This document shows positions 54,950-64,000 of a DNA stretch of 64,000 bases, one piece after another. Location: IMG/VR virus record IMGVR_UViG_3300030523_000005; one strand, given 5' to 3'. The notes below the pieces were generated by a model. The model was given only the letters and a program-made list of their open reading frames with translations, was not told the DNA's origin and searched no databases. Every line of letters begins with the position of its first letter. Within the stretch, counting starts at the first letter, position 1. Origin of the DNA: a virus. The translations under genes were made by a program, and so were the position numbers.

Positions 54950-55330
54950 ATGCACGTCCCCCTCACTATCACGACGCCGTCCAGTGCGCTGGCCACCATT
55001 GGCGCGCTCGCCGGAACGGCCACGGCCATCGTCGGCCTGATCTCCACGATTATCGTCAACCAACGCAAGACGGCCACGAAACTGGACGCGATCCACGTCC
55101 TGGTCAACGGCAACCTCTCTCAGGTCAAGGACGAACTGAAAGAGGCGCTGACGAGGATCGAGGCCCTGCAGGGCAACATGGAGGGCGTGCACGAGACCAC
55201 CGATGCACGCCACAACGTTACGGACGCTCAGGCGCACGCGTCGGTCGAGATGGTCCATGCCCGCACGGATAGCCCGCGGGATACGCGGGACACGCAGGAC
55301 ACGCGGTTGACGGCAGACACAGACACCTGA
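54950..55330 (+). CDS. Single-TM coiled-coil protein (lysis region)
   Basis: N-terminal TM then KLDAIHVLVNGNL coiled coil. Confidence 0.55.
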   Translation: MHVPLTITTPSSALATIGALAGTATAIVGLISTIIVNQRKTATKLDAIHVLVNGNLSQVKDELKEALTRIEALQGNMEGVHETTDARHNVTDAQAHASVEMVHARTDSPRDTRDTQDTRLTADTDT

Positions 55331-55348
55331 GAACGGACTGAGGACGGC

Positions 55349-56002
55349 ATGAAAAGGAACGCAACGATGACACCACCACCCGCGCCTGCGGCGCCCACGC
55401 CCGCGTCCACGCCCGGTACGACCGAGACAGGCCGTGAGCTGACGATGGACCGTGTCCGCGCCACGGGTGATATCGTCCGGGCCCAGGGCGACACCGCGCG
55501 CTCGATCTACGACGCGGAGCGCATGCAGGGGGACTCAGAGCGCGCGCGCCTGGACGCCCTGCGCGCCAGCACCGACGCCCTGCGCGAGGCGGCCGACGCC
55601 CTGCGCCTGGGCGCGGACAGCACCCGCGACAAGGCCAGTACGCTGCGCATGGCCGAGATGGACCGCTCCATTAGCGCGCTAATGGGCCTGGCGGACCGGT
55701 TGGAACACGGGCGACGCCTGCTGGTGTACCGCCTGCTGGCCATCGTGTTCGTGGTCATCCTGATCGCGCGCGGCATAGCGATCCTGTACAGCCCCACGGC
55801 TGCCAATTACAGTTCCGAGGTGATTTACGGGGCGTTCCTGGTCCTGATCGCGCTTGGCTACGCGCTCGAATCCTACGCGCCGCGGCCCCGTCACAGGCTC
55901 CAGCCCCAGGGGCGCCCCCCGGATCGGCCGGATCGACATCAAGAGCGGGAGGGGGGCGTCGATACCATCCCGCCACCGCCCGACGGCCCGCGCGTCCCCT
56001 GA
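55349..56002 (+). CDS. Coiled-coil plus two-TM protein (lysis region)
   Basis: GAGGA RBS; two C-terminal TMs. Confidence 0.5.
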   Translation: MKRNATMTPPPAPAAPTPASTPGTTETGRELTMDRVRATGDIVRAQGDTARSIYDAERMQGDSERARLDALRASTDALREAADALRLGADSTRDKASTLRMAEMDRSISALMGLADRLEHGRRLLVYRLLAIVFVVILIARGIAILYSPTAANYSSEVIYGAFLVLIALGYALESYAPRPRHRLQPQGRPPDRPDRHQEREGGVDTIPPPPDGPRVP

Positions 56003-56036
56003 TGGACAAAGACAGTAGGTTCCCAGGAGTATCGTC

Positions 56037-56753
56037 ATGAATCCGACCGCGCTCACCCTCACCCTCGCCCCCTCCGCCCAGGCCAGTCTCCACGTCCTAA
56101 CGGTCATCCTCGTCACACTGCTCAACAACCTTGGCCCGCTGCTGCTAGCCGGCCTCGTGGCCTACACGCTCGCGGCGCTCCACCGCGCCATCCCCGCTCT
56201 CGTGGCGCTCACCAATCGCACGCTCGGGCTGCACCTCTCGGCGGCGCGCGAGGCGGACCTGGCGGCGTCCGTGGATCGCGCCGTCTATGCCGTGCAGGGG
56301 AGCATGAGCCTCCCCGCCGACCGCCGCGACGCCGTGGTCCAGGACATCGCCGGACGCTTCCCCGGCGTTGACCAGGCGCACCTCGATACCCTCATCGACG
56401 CGTCTATCACGGCGGCCAAGTTGCAGCACGGCCCCGACGCTTGGCGCGGACTGGCCCCGGCCTCTCCCACGACGGCCGGCCCGGACGATGTGTCCGTGCT
56501 CATACGCGACGCCTTCGCCGCCGGCCAGCAGGCGGTCCTGTCCGGTTTCGACGCCTTACGCGCCCAGGCGGCGATCGCGCCATCCGCGCCGCCCGTCGCG
56601 CCATCCGCGCCGCCCGTCGCGCCGCCCGCGTCGACCATCGACGGCGCGGTCACGCCGGCCGGACACTCCGACGAACTCCACATTATCGACCCCACGACCC
56701 ATGAGACCGTTGGCGTCCTGACGCCCGCCGGCGTCGCCCAGGCAACCGCCTAA
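56037..56753 (+). CDS. Holin, LL-H-like
   Basis: N-terminal TM; AVYAVQ..RRDAV..LDTLIDASI; immediately before the endolysin. Confidence 0.65.
   Translation: MNPTALTLTLAPSAQASLHVLTVILVTLLNNLGPLLLAGLVAYTLAALHRAIPALVALTNRTLGLHLSAAREADLAASVDRAVYAVQGSMSLPADRRDAVVQDIAGRFPGVDQAHLDTLIDASITAAKLQHGPDAWRGLAPASPTTAGPDDVSVLIRDAFAAGQQAVLSGFDALRAQAAIAPSAPPVAPSAPPVAPPASTIDGAVTPAGHSDELHIIDPTTHETVGVLTPAGVAQATA
56575..56623 (+). repeat. 21-bp in-frame tandem repeat (x2.3), encodes APSAPPV
   Basis: tcgcgccatccgcgccgcccg repeated. Confidence 0.8.
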
Positions 56754-56762
56754 GGAGCACTC

Positions 56763-58046
56763 ATGCCCATCACCGATTACGCGCCGGCCTCCTGGAGGCC
56801 CAGCCCAAACTATTGGCAGGGTGACGCGCGGGACCACCCGCGCGGGCGCATCACGGGGATCGTGCTGCACGCGACCGCCGGCCTAGAGCCCGGCCCGGTG
56901 GAGTGGTTCCAAAGCGCGGCGTCGCAGGTCTCCGCGCACTACATCGTCAACCGCGACGGGTCCGTCTACCAATGCGTGAGGGAGCCTGATAGCGCCTGGC
57001 ACGCCGGCGAGATGACGCCGACAAGTCGATTCTACGGCCACGGCAACAAAAATCTGGACACCATTGGCATCGAACATGAGCGCTCCTCCTCCAACACCTC
57101 ACCCCTGACGCCCGCGCAGTTGTACGCGAGCCTGGCGCTGGTGCGCTCCATCATCCGCCGGCATGGTCCGCTGGAGATCATCACGCACGACGAGATCGAC
57201 GTCGGCCGCGTCTGCCCCGGCCCCGGCTTCCCGCTCCAGGTGTTCCGCGACGCCGTTGGTAGCCCGAAGGAGACACACCCCGTGAAAAACTTCCCGGACC
57301 TCTACGCGCAGCGCGATCCGCGCTGGGCCGGCCAGCGCCTCGGCACGACCAACGGCATCACCCTCGGCCAGTACGGCTGCTACGTGACAAGCATGGCCAT
57401 GCTCGCGTGCTACTACGGCCACACGATCACCCCGGCCGCGCTCGACGACCTGTACACCGCGCGCGGGATCTACGTCAACGGCGACATGATGCCCGACGAC
57501 GCGCTCCACCGCGCCTACCCCGACCTGGAGCTCGTCGCCGTCCATGACTATAGCAACGGCCCGGCGGACCTGGGCTTGCTGCGCTCCATCGCCGCCGATC
57601 CATCCCTGACGGCGGTGATCGGCCTGGATTTTGACCACAATCCGGCCGACGGGGTGCAGACGCACTTCTCGCCGCTCGCGGGCTGCGATGGAGTCCACGT
57701 CCAACTCGCCGATACATGGTACGGCGGCGTCATAGCTGACATGACCGTGAACTACGGCCCCGACCCCGCGACGACGATAATAAAAGCGGTGGTTTATCGG
57801 GGGCCGGTCCCGGCGACCCCCGTGGCCCCCGCGACGCCGGCGACAACGGCGCCGATCCATTACCGCGTGCTCTATGATGGAGCGCTGCACAGTGGCCCCT
57901 CGCTCACGGCGCCGACAACATACAAGATCAAGCAGGGTTGGCGGCTCACCGCCGTCGGCGGCGATAGCGCACCCTGGGTCAGTGTCACGACGGATAACGG
58001 ACAATGGGGATGGACCACGCGCCAGGAGCTTGTGAGGGTCGCCTAA
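56763..58046 (+). CDS. Modular endolysin: Amidase_2 + C39-like peptidase + SH3b-like binding domain
   Basis: IVLHATA, VSAHYIV, AWHAG, TIGIEHE, THDE..CPG; YAQRDPRW..GCYVTSMAML..THF; W..V..GQWGW. Confidence 0.9.
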   Translation: MPITDYAPASWRPSPNYWQGDARDHPRGRITGIVLHATAGLEPGPVEWFQSAASQVSAHYIVNRDGSVYQCVREPDSAWHAGEMTPTSRFYGHGNKNLDTIGIEHERSSSNTSPLTPAQLYASLALVRSIIRRHGPLEIITHDEIDVGRVCPGPGFPLQVFRDAVGSPKETHPVKNFPDLYAQRDPRWAGQRLGTTNGITLGQYGCYVTSMAMLACYYGHTITPAALDDLYTARGIYVNGDMMPDDALHRAYPDLELVAVHDYSNGPADLGLLRSIAADPSLTAVIGLDFDHNPADGVQTHFSPLAGCDGVHVQLADTWYGGVIADMTVNYGPDPATTIIKAVVYRGPVPATPVAPATPATTAPIHYRVLYDGALHSGPSLTAPTTYKIKQGWRLTAVGGDSAPWVSVTTDNGQWGWTTRQELVRVA

Positions 58047-58050
58047 CGAT

Positions 58051-58088
58051 GAGAGGGCCGTCTCCCCCCCCAGGGAGACGGCCCTCTC
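58051..58088. terminator. 15-bp perfect hairpin between convergent genes
   Basis: gagagggccgtctcc / ggagacggccctctc. Confidence 0.7.
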
Positions 58089-58108
58089 CACGCCCTGACG
58101 CGCGCGCG

Positions 58109-58567
58109 TCAGGGCGTCGACGCGGACGCGGCCGCCGGGGTCGGCGGTGTGACGGGCGCATGATAGATATGCCAGAGCCCACCGCCTTGCCCGTCGCCCC
58201 TGGCGTCCCCCGGCGCCGTGTCGCCGGCGTAGTAGTACAGCGGCTTGCCCTCCGGCGTCTTGTCCGGCGCGAGCGGCCACGTCGCCGCGTCGACGGTGGT
58301 CGGGTCACCATCGAACGTGTACTCTGTCCGCGCCACGGTCTCGACGGGCGATGGTGAGGGAACCGTGGGTGCAACGGGCGCGGCGGGCAGAGCGGCCTGC
58401 ACCTTGCCCGAGAGGTCCTTGAGCTCCTGGACCTGCGCCGGCGAGGGGCCGGACGGCGGCAAGCTCTGGATCTTCGTGTTGAGATCACCGAAGTCGGTGA
58501 TGAGCGTCCCCACCGCTGACGAGAGATCCGAAAACGCCTGGTCAAAATCCGTTTGTTGAGCGGTCAT
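58109..58567 (-). CDS. Hypothetical protein (coiled-coil N-terminus, Pro-rich linker)
   Basis: GGGAG RBS; high GC3. Confidence 0.55.
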   Translation of the reverse strand: MTAQQTDFDQAFSDLSSAVGTLITDFGDLNTKIQSLPPSGPSPAQVQELKDLSGKVQAALPAAPVAPTVPSPSPVETVARTEYTFDGDPTTVDAATWPLAPDKTPEGKPLYYYAGDTAPGDARGDGQGGGLWHIYHAPVTPPTPAAASASTP

Positions 58568-58749
58568 GTCGATAATTCTCCCTAACGCGTAATCAAGGCC
58601 CTGCCGCAAGCGGATGATCGCGGCCCAGGCGCGTTCGTCGCCCTGGCTGGCCTGTCTCCCCGTCATCCTCTGCCTCCTCGACGACGATACGGGCTAACAG
58701 TCCGCTAGCCCGCTCCCAGTGTACGGGAACGCGCGTTCTTATGACACAC

Positions 58750-58791
58750 ACAAGCGCCCCTCACCGGTGGTACAGGGTGAGGGGCGCTTGT
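58750..58791 (-). terminator. Intrinsic terminator
   Basis: 16-bp IR acaagcgcccctcacc/ggtgaggggcgcttgt with a TG/T tract on the minus strand. Confidence 0.65.
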
Positions 58792-58817
58792 GCAGGCTGA
58801 TGAATGGTAACGGGCTG

Positions 58818-59108
58818 CTACGTCGGCGAGGATCTCCCCAGCCCCCCGACGTCGAAGCCTTTCTCGACGCCGCCCTTATTGAGCAGCGCGTCGGGCGTCC
58901 CGTCGTCTTCGTCCGCGTCGAGGACCGCCGTCGTCAGTGGCTGGCGCTGCAAGGCTTGCTGCTCCTGCCACTCGACATCCGACATCCCGCCCGGCCGTGT
59001 CAGAGGGACGCCGGGCGAGCGCTCCCGCATCGTATTTTTGGTGATACCGGCCCCCTGTGTGCCCTGTGCGCCGGTTTTGATCTGGTCTCCCCTGTCGATC
59101 GGGTCCAT
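58818..59108 (-). CDS. Small acidic hypothetical protein
   Basis: GGGAGG RBS; upstream TTGACG..CACACT promoter-like element. Confidence 0.5.
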   Translation of the reverse strand: MDPIDRGDQIKTGAQGTQGAGITKNTMRERSPGVPLTRPGGMSDVEWQEQQALQRQPLTTAVLDADEDDGTPDALLNKGGVEKGFDVGGLGRSSPT

Positions 59109-59236
59109 AAGGCGAACCTCCCGTACGTTGGTCTGACCCGCCTGCCCACAAAGCGCGGGCGGCTTAGACTGAGTGTGGCACGAATCGGGTTCGGCGTCAA
59201 GCCCTTGTGCGATGAAAGAGGGCTGATCGTCGCATC

Positions 59237-59611
59237 TTACGCGACCAGCGCCAACGCACACGCCCGCGGCCTGCGATCATCCCCGCGCACGTCGCCCGCC
59301 TCCTCGGGGCCGTCGTACGTGCCGCGCGTGGGCTCGCCGCGCGCCATCAGCCGCCGCTCACCTGCGACTACCGACGCCGGGGCCGGTCCCGCCGCCTGGC
59401 AAATCGCCCGCTGGAGCGCGGCGTAGGTGCAGCCGACCGCGGCCTCGACGGCCGTCAGGTAGGCCGTGCGGTCTTCCGTGGTCTCCATCGGCCGCGTCGC
59501 CGCCAGCCGCGCCGCCGTGGCGACCCACAACGCTTTGCGTGCCGCGATCTCCTCGGTGGTCCATGTCGTCTGCTCTGTCGTCGCCGTCGTGATCGTGAGT
59601 GTCTGTGCCAT
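59237..59611 (-). CDS. Hypothetical protein
   Basis: AGGAGG RBS. Confidence 0.55.
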   Translation of the reverse strand: MAQTLTITTATTEQTTWTTEEIAARKALWVATAARLAATRPMETTEDRTAYLTAVEAAVGCTYAALQRAICQAAGPAPASVVAGERRLMARGEPTRGTYDGPEEAGDVRGDDRRPRACALALVA

Positions 59612-59701
59612 AATAGTTAAGCCTCCTAAAAGGTGGTGGCCGGCGCGTCAACTTGTCTAGGGGAGGCGCGCCGGTCTTGTTTTGTTATCTTATGACTACA
59701 A

Positions 59702-60151
59702 TTACGCCGCGACCGGGAACGCCCCGGCCGCCTCCGCTGCTTGCCGGCGTTGCTGTGCCCGCACGGCGTAGCGCATCCGCAGCAGCGCGTCATGCACCTG
59801 CGCGGCGATGAAAATATGCTTGCAGGGCTTCGTGGCCGGGCACGAGCAGTGATCGAGCAGCGGGTCGACTCGGTAGAACTCACCGCGGAACCGCTCCGAC
59901 TCCACCAGGTACGTCCCGTACACCGCCGCCGCTTTCACATGCGGCCGGTACATCTCCTTCGTCACCTTCTCCACCGGCGCCGGCTCGACCGTCACGCCGA
60001 GCCGGCCAGCCTCGCCGGCGATGTAGCCGACCAGCTCCGCTTTGCGGTAGTGGGACAGATGCAGCATACGGATGCCGTGGCCAGCCGCCCAGCGGGCGAT
60101 CTCGCGCCGGGTCATCGCCGTAAGCGTGGTCTCGATCTGTGGTGTCGTCAT
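59702..60151 (-). CDS. Rho-N/HeH-like plus SWIM zinc-finger protein
   Basis: MTRREIARWAAGHGI..YRKAELV; CSCPATKPCKH. Confidence 0.65.
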   Translation of the reverse strand: MTTPQIETTLTAMTRREIARWAAGHGIRMLHLSHYRKAELVGYIAGEAGRLGVTVEPAPVEKVTKEMYRPHVKAAAVYGTYLVESERFRGEFYRVDPLLDHCSCPATKPCKHIFIAAQVHDALLRMRYAVRAQQRRQAAEAAGAFPVAA

Positions 60152-60273
60152 CGTCGTGCCCTCCGTCTGTTCTCTTCTATCTGTTGTAAGTATATACCGT
60201 TATCGTGATACACTGCAAGTAGATAAACGGGCTAGCACGACACGCAAACGTGACAACGTGATATTTTATAGAG

Positions 60274-60492
60274 GTGGATGAGTATATGACGCTCGAAGAG
60301 GCTGCCGCGAAGATCGGCTATAAAGATACCAGTGGATTGCGCCACGCAATCCGGCGCGGAGTGTTGCACGCTGTGCAGAGGGGCAAGATGTACTTCACGA
60401 CGCAGGACTGGCTCGACGCCTACATGGCCCACGTCGAGGCCAGCCGCGGTGGTAGGGGAAAGACGCGCGGGCCACGCCCGCCGAAGGATTAA
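60274..60492 (+). CDS. Excisionase/MerR-like HTH protein
   Basis: YMTLEEAAAKIG..LRHAIRRGVLHA..FTTQDWLDAYM. Confidence 0.75.
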   Translation: MDEYMTLEEAAAKIGYKDTSGLRHAIRRGVLHAVQRGKMYFTTQDWLDAYMAHVEASRGGRGKTRGPRPPKD

Positions 60493-60497
60493 TCCGG

Positions 60498-61202
60498 ATG
60501 ACGCTTAGTCCTGGGTGGGCGCTTGTGCTTGGAGCGCTTATCGCTGCAGCTAGCGCAATACTTAGCGCAGTACTGACTAATGTGCTGCAAGGGCGACGCG
60601 CTGCACAGGATCAATTAGCCCAACTGGCGCGCGACAAGCAAGCGCAGTTCGCCGCGGCTCAGCAAGAGAATGTAGCCCGCACCGCCACGAGGATCAGAGA
60701 ACATAGAGAGTTAGTCGCGGCTCTCTATACATCGGTTCTTGAACCATGCTATGAAACCCTTAGGTTGATACGAGCAGATTTGGATGAGTCACTAACAGTG
60801 GGTTTGCCCGACGCAGCTGAAACACATGAAGCCCGTAACAGGCAATTCTTCTCACAAGCAACCAACATCCTTATGCAATTCATGCGAAGTTTAATACCTC
60901 TCAATCTGCAAACCGCGGCTATAACAGTGACCCCCTCAGTCGCGTCGGTACAAAACAAAATGACTCTACTGCTTATAGACTATGCAAAATGGCGAACCAC
61001 GCGTGCAAATAATGAGATATGGTCGGAGTGGGATGAGCGAGTGGAAAAGGTCCTTAAGGACATCATAGATCTCGTGAACACTATGAGGAACAACTTGGAC
61101 GCCATCGAAAAACTTCCGATTGCCGATGAGCAAAAATCCACAAATGCGCTAATGGAAATCACCAAGTTGAGAGGGCTATCGACAAGTGAGGAAAGACCAT
61201 GA
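60498..61202 (+). CDS. Low-GC membrane-anchored hypothetical protein (moron)
   Basis: N-terminal TM, helical body, AT-rich codons. Confidence 0.6.
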   Translation: MTLSPGWALVLGALIAAASAILSAVLTNVLQGRRAAQDQLAQLARDKQAQFAAAQQENVARTATRIREHRELVAALYTSVLEPCYETLRLIRADLDESLTVGLPDAAETHEARNRQFFSQATNILMQFMRSLIPLNLQTAAITVTPSVASVQNKMTLLLIDYAKWRTTRANNEIWSEWDERVEKVLKDIIDLVNTMRNNLDAIEKLPIADEQKSTNALMEITKLRGLSTSEERP

Positions 61203-61414
61203 GGGTTATCATCGCCGGGAGCCGCTCCATCGTCAGCGCCGCCGCCGTCGAGCGCGCCCTCGCGCATGCCGAGGGCCACGGCCTCGACGTGCCGACTGAG
61301 GCGAACGAGCCACGGCCGTTAGAGGACCGGGTGACGGATAACGGGGACGGGACGTACACGCACGTCCTGGAGTTCGCCTGGTCGCGCTTGGTACGCGATG
61401 AGGAGCCGTCGTGA
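61199..61414 (+). pseudogene. Truncated SLOG/DUF2493-like N-terminus fused to unrelated sequence
   Basis: MRVIIAGSRSI start typical of that family, but only 71 aa. Confidence 0.4.
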
Positions 61415-62155
61415 GCGCTATGGAGGGGGATATTGTATGGGGGTCGGCAAACGACACGTTCCGACTCGTGCGCCTGACGCTAGGCTCCGTCACGATGCAT
61501 CTTATTTTCACCAGGTGGGTGGTGGGGAGTGGCGCAAACTAGAAGCCCCAACTCCGTTGGTGTTAGGTGCGCTGGCCGAAGCCTGGGCCGAATCTCTGCA
61601 TAAGGACGCGTAGTGCCGGCAGACCCCTTATTCCAAGCTCAAGAATCGGCCAAATCTGAAAATAGCCCGGCCGCTATCTCACAAACTGACAATAGCCCGA
61701 CCTGCGTCGAGTGCGGCGGCCCGCTCGAGCCCGGCCGCCTCTATCGCTGCCTGGCCGCTGAGTGGATCGCGTTGGAGGAGCGCTACGGACGGGAATGGGC
61801 GGCGCGGCATCGGGGGCAAGAGTGAGCCATGAACACCGCGTGCTCTAGTGGCGCTTGCGCGGCTTGTCGGCTGGTTTCGGCGGCATCTCGAAGAAGGACG
61901 GCTGCACGGGTTCACCGGCCGCACGCGCTCGTACCGCTTTCTTATGCGTGACGTTCGTTTGCGCTGATGGCGGATACGATAGACCCCGGCCCGCGAACAG
62001 ATGTGAACGCTACTCAATTTACGGCCACTTGATACGATAACCGCCGCCATGCTCGTCCGGCTATCTATCGGCTCTACAACGACATCAGCGAATTATTTTT
62101 TCCAAGCAGCAAGGACTACGACATGAGCATCGGAAATGGTGCCCCAGCGTGGCCG

Positions 62156-63751
62156 TCAGTTATCGTATCGAATGGCCGGATTTCGCGTAGCGAACACAAA
62201 CAGATCGGCGACCGTGACAATCTGTAGGCGTTGGTGGCTTGTGTGCCAGCCCGGCGAGGTGTAAACGCCGGCGGCGAGGGCCTCACGTCGCATCGCCGGC
62301 GTCGGCTCGTGGAGTGTGAGCAGCGCCGCCATCTCAGCGCCTTCGCGCTCCATGACGCCACGCAGCTCGCGCACGTAGGCCGGCTGCAGGTGGCCCGCCT
62401 TCACCGAGAGGACGATTTGCTTCGTCGCGCCCGTATGGTCGTCATGGAAGTACAGGCGGCCGTCGATGCCACGATCCGCGCCCTTCTTGTGGGCCAAGCG
62501 CAGCGTGGGTCCATTGAGGGGCCGCACGCTCTGGGCGTCGGCCAGGGCGCAGATCCAATCTTGAAAGCCGTGGGGGTCGGTCCGGGCAAGTTCGCACGCG
62601 CCGTCGACCGTCGTCGGCTCCCCCACGACGCGCGGCACGGGCAGATCCGGGTAGCGAGCGCGCAGCCGCTTCTTGATGAGGTTGATCGCCAGATGCGTCA
62701 CGTCGATGCCAATCCATCTCCTGCCCGTCCCTTGTGCGGCGTCAACGGTTGTGCCACAGCCGCAGAACGGGTCGAGCACGACATCGCCGGGGTTACTACT
62801 CGTTCGAATGATGCGGTCCAGGAGCGAGAGCGGCTTTTGCGTCGGATACCCCAGTCGTTCGGCGGCTTGGGATGAGAGTGGGGCGAGATCACTCCACATG
62901 TCTTGCAAGGCAACGCCGGGCATCTCGTCGAGGTAGCGTTTGTATGTCGGCATACCGCTTTTTGTGTAGATGAGCCGCCCGTCACGCTCAAACTGCTCCA
63001 TCTTGTGGCGAGAATAGGCCCAGTAGCGGCCCTTATAGGGGCGCACACCGTGCCAGTCATAGGACGTGTCGCCACCGGGCTTAGAAGCGGTAAGATTGTC
63101 TGTCCTGTAGCGCCGGCTCGTGCCGGGCTCGACGTGGCGGTAGAAGCGATCGAGATAGTCCGGATCATAGGGCGTATACTGCGGATTCCACGTCCATGCA
63201 GGACCTTTGGTGTAGAAGAGCAGCGTGTCATGGATGTGCCCGTATTGCTTGCGGCCTTGCGCCGTGTCGTTGTGCGCGGAACTGCGTTTCCATATGATTT
63301 CCGCACGATAATGCTCCGGCCTAAAAATGGCGTCGAGGAGCACTTTCAGATAGTGGCTCGCCGTGGGGTCGCAGTGCAGGTACAGGCTGCCGGTCGGCGT
63401 CAGAACGCGGCGCAGCTCGACGAGCCGCGGGGCCATCATCGCGAGATAGGCCATCATATCGCTATCGCCGAGCAGCATGTGCAAGGCGCGCATACACTCG
63501 GCCATGGAGCCGCCCAAGGACAGCATCTCGTGGTAGGCCATCACGGCCGCTTCGTCCCAGCGCCAGGTGTCGTCAAACGCCTGGAGCTGCGCCGGCGCGC
63601 GCCGTCCGTCTTGCGCGGCAAAGAGAAGATTGTAGGCGGCGTTGCTCTGGAATGGGGGGTCCAAATAGATGAGGTTAACGCTCTCCGACGGGATATATTC
63701 CCGCAAAATGGTCAGGTTGTCGCCGAAGTAGAGCTGGTTTGGCAGTGTCAT
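62156..63751 (-). CDS. N4/N6 DNA methyltransferase fused to an Mrr-like restriction endonuclease domain
   Basis: LYFGDNL, LIYLDPPF, GYPTQKP, VLDPFCGCGTT; C-terminal GADRGIDG..VLSVKAG. Confidence 0.9.
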   Translation of the reverse strand: MTLPNQLYFGDNLTILREYIPSESVNLIYLDPPFQSNAAYNLLFAAQDGRRAPAQLQAFDDTWRWDEAAVMAYHEMLSLGGSMAECMRALHMLLGDSDMMAYLAMMAPRLVELRRVLTPTGSLYLHCDPTASHYLKVLLDAIFRPEHYRAEIIWKRSSAHNDTAQGRKQYGHIHDTLLFYTKGPAWTWNPQYTPYDPDYLDRFYRHVEPGTSRRYRTDNLTASKPGGDTSYDWHGVRPYKGRYWAYSRHKMEQFERDGRLIYTKSGMPTYKRYLDEMPGVALQDMWSDLAPLSSQAAERLGYPTQKPLSLLDRIIRTSSNPGDVVLDPFCGCGTTVDAAQGTGRRWIGIDVTHLAINLIKKRLRARYPDLPVPRVVGEPTTVDGACELARTDPHGFQDWICALADAQSVRPLNGPTLRLAHKKGADRGIDGRLYFHDDHTGATKQIVLSVKAGHLQPAYVRELRGVMEREGAEMAALLTLHEPTPAMRREALAAGVYTSPGWHTSHQRLQIVTVADLFVFATRNPAIRYDN

Positions 63752-63906
63752 GGGGCTGTTATAGCCCAATAGGACAGGCGGGCGCAGTAGCCAATTGGCT
63801 ACTCTCCTCACCTCCATTCGGCTAGAAAAGGGCCGACGCCGTGTGTTCCGCATGCGACGCCCTAAGAACGTGTGTCGTTGCCCCCGCATAAAGACACACA
63901 ACACAA

Positions 63907-63937
63907 GCCGGCGCGGGGGAGTAGACCCGCGCCGGCT
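63907..63937 (-). terminator. Intrinsic terminator of a minus-strand gene beyond the window
   Basis: agccggcgcggg/cccgcgccggct followed on the minus strand by a TG-rich tract. Confidence 0.5.
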
Positions 63938-64000
63938 CACCGAGGGCGGCCTCCACTGAGGCAGCAGACGCGCGGGCGGGCCGGGGTGACGTCCAATACT

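Larger units (their letters stand above)
1..64000. mobile_element. Temperate siphovirus-like prophage, nearly complete, with an embedded conjugation module; ends not seen
   Basis: Canonical order integrase-repressor/cro-recombination-replication-terminase-portal-protease-capsid-tail-tape measure-holin-endolysin; no tail sheath gene; att sites not identified. Confidence 0.9.

Noticed and set aside
57099-58280. 393-aa minus-strand ORF
   Set aside because: Antisense shadow of the endolysin
1-64000. tRNA/rRNA genes and attL/attR sites
   Set aside because: No cloverleaf or rRNA-like segment recognised by eye; the integrase 5' end and likely att lie outside the window, so boundaries cannot be supported

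Overview
GC-rich window that reads as one nearly complete temperate siphovirus-type prophage, about 64 kb. Gene order: serine integrase (5'-truncated by the window edge), immunity switch, recombination and replication genes, Dam methylase, a cluster of small putative anti-defence proteins, late regulators, terminase, portal, protease, capsid, non-contractile tail, lysis cassette, then morons and a methyltransferase-endonuclease. The unusual part is an approximately 11.7 kb conjugation module (about 14.7-26.3 kb) sitting inside the phage early/middle region. It encodes a pilin-like protein, a PrgI-like/VirB4 ATPase interrupted by an intein, a VirB6-like protein, an RHH accessory protein, a minimal MOB_P-type relaxase, a VirD4 coupling protein and an AEP primase, and has an oriT-like inverted repeat. 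It has no integrase of its own, which suggests a phage-ICE hybrid (conjugative prophage). Other signals read directly from the sequence: an HNH cassette that split a virion gene and carries a synonymously recoded copy of its 5' end; a tail-chaperone frameshift into the +1 frame; a relic duplicate of a tail-fibre C-terminus; a tandem-duplicated distal-tail domain; a stand-alone HD-GYP protein; and a DUF4177-like gene nested in another ORF. Lack of recognisable spanins, an LL-H-like holin and a Gram-positive-style T4SS suggest a high-GC monoderm host (inference only). All protein assignments come from motif recognition by eye; no database searches were run.
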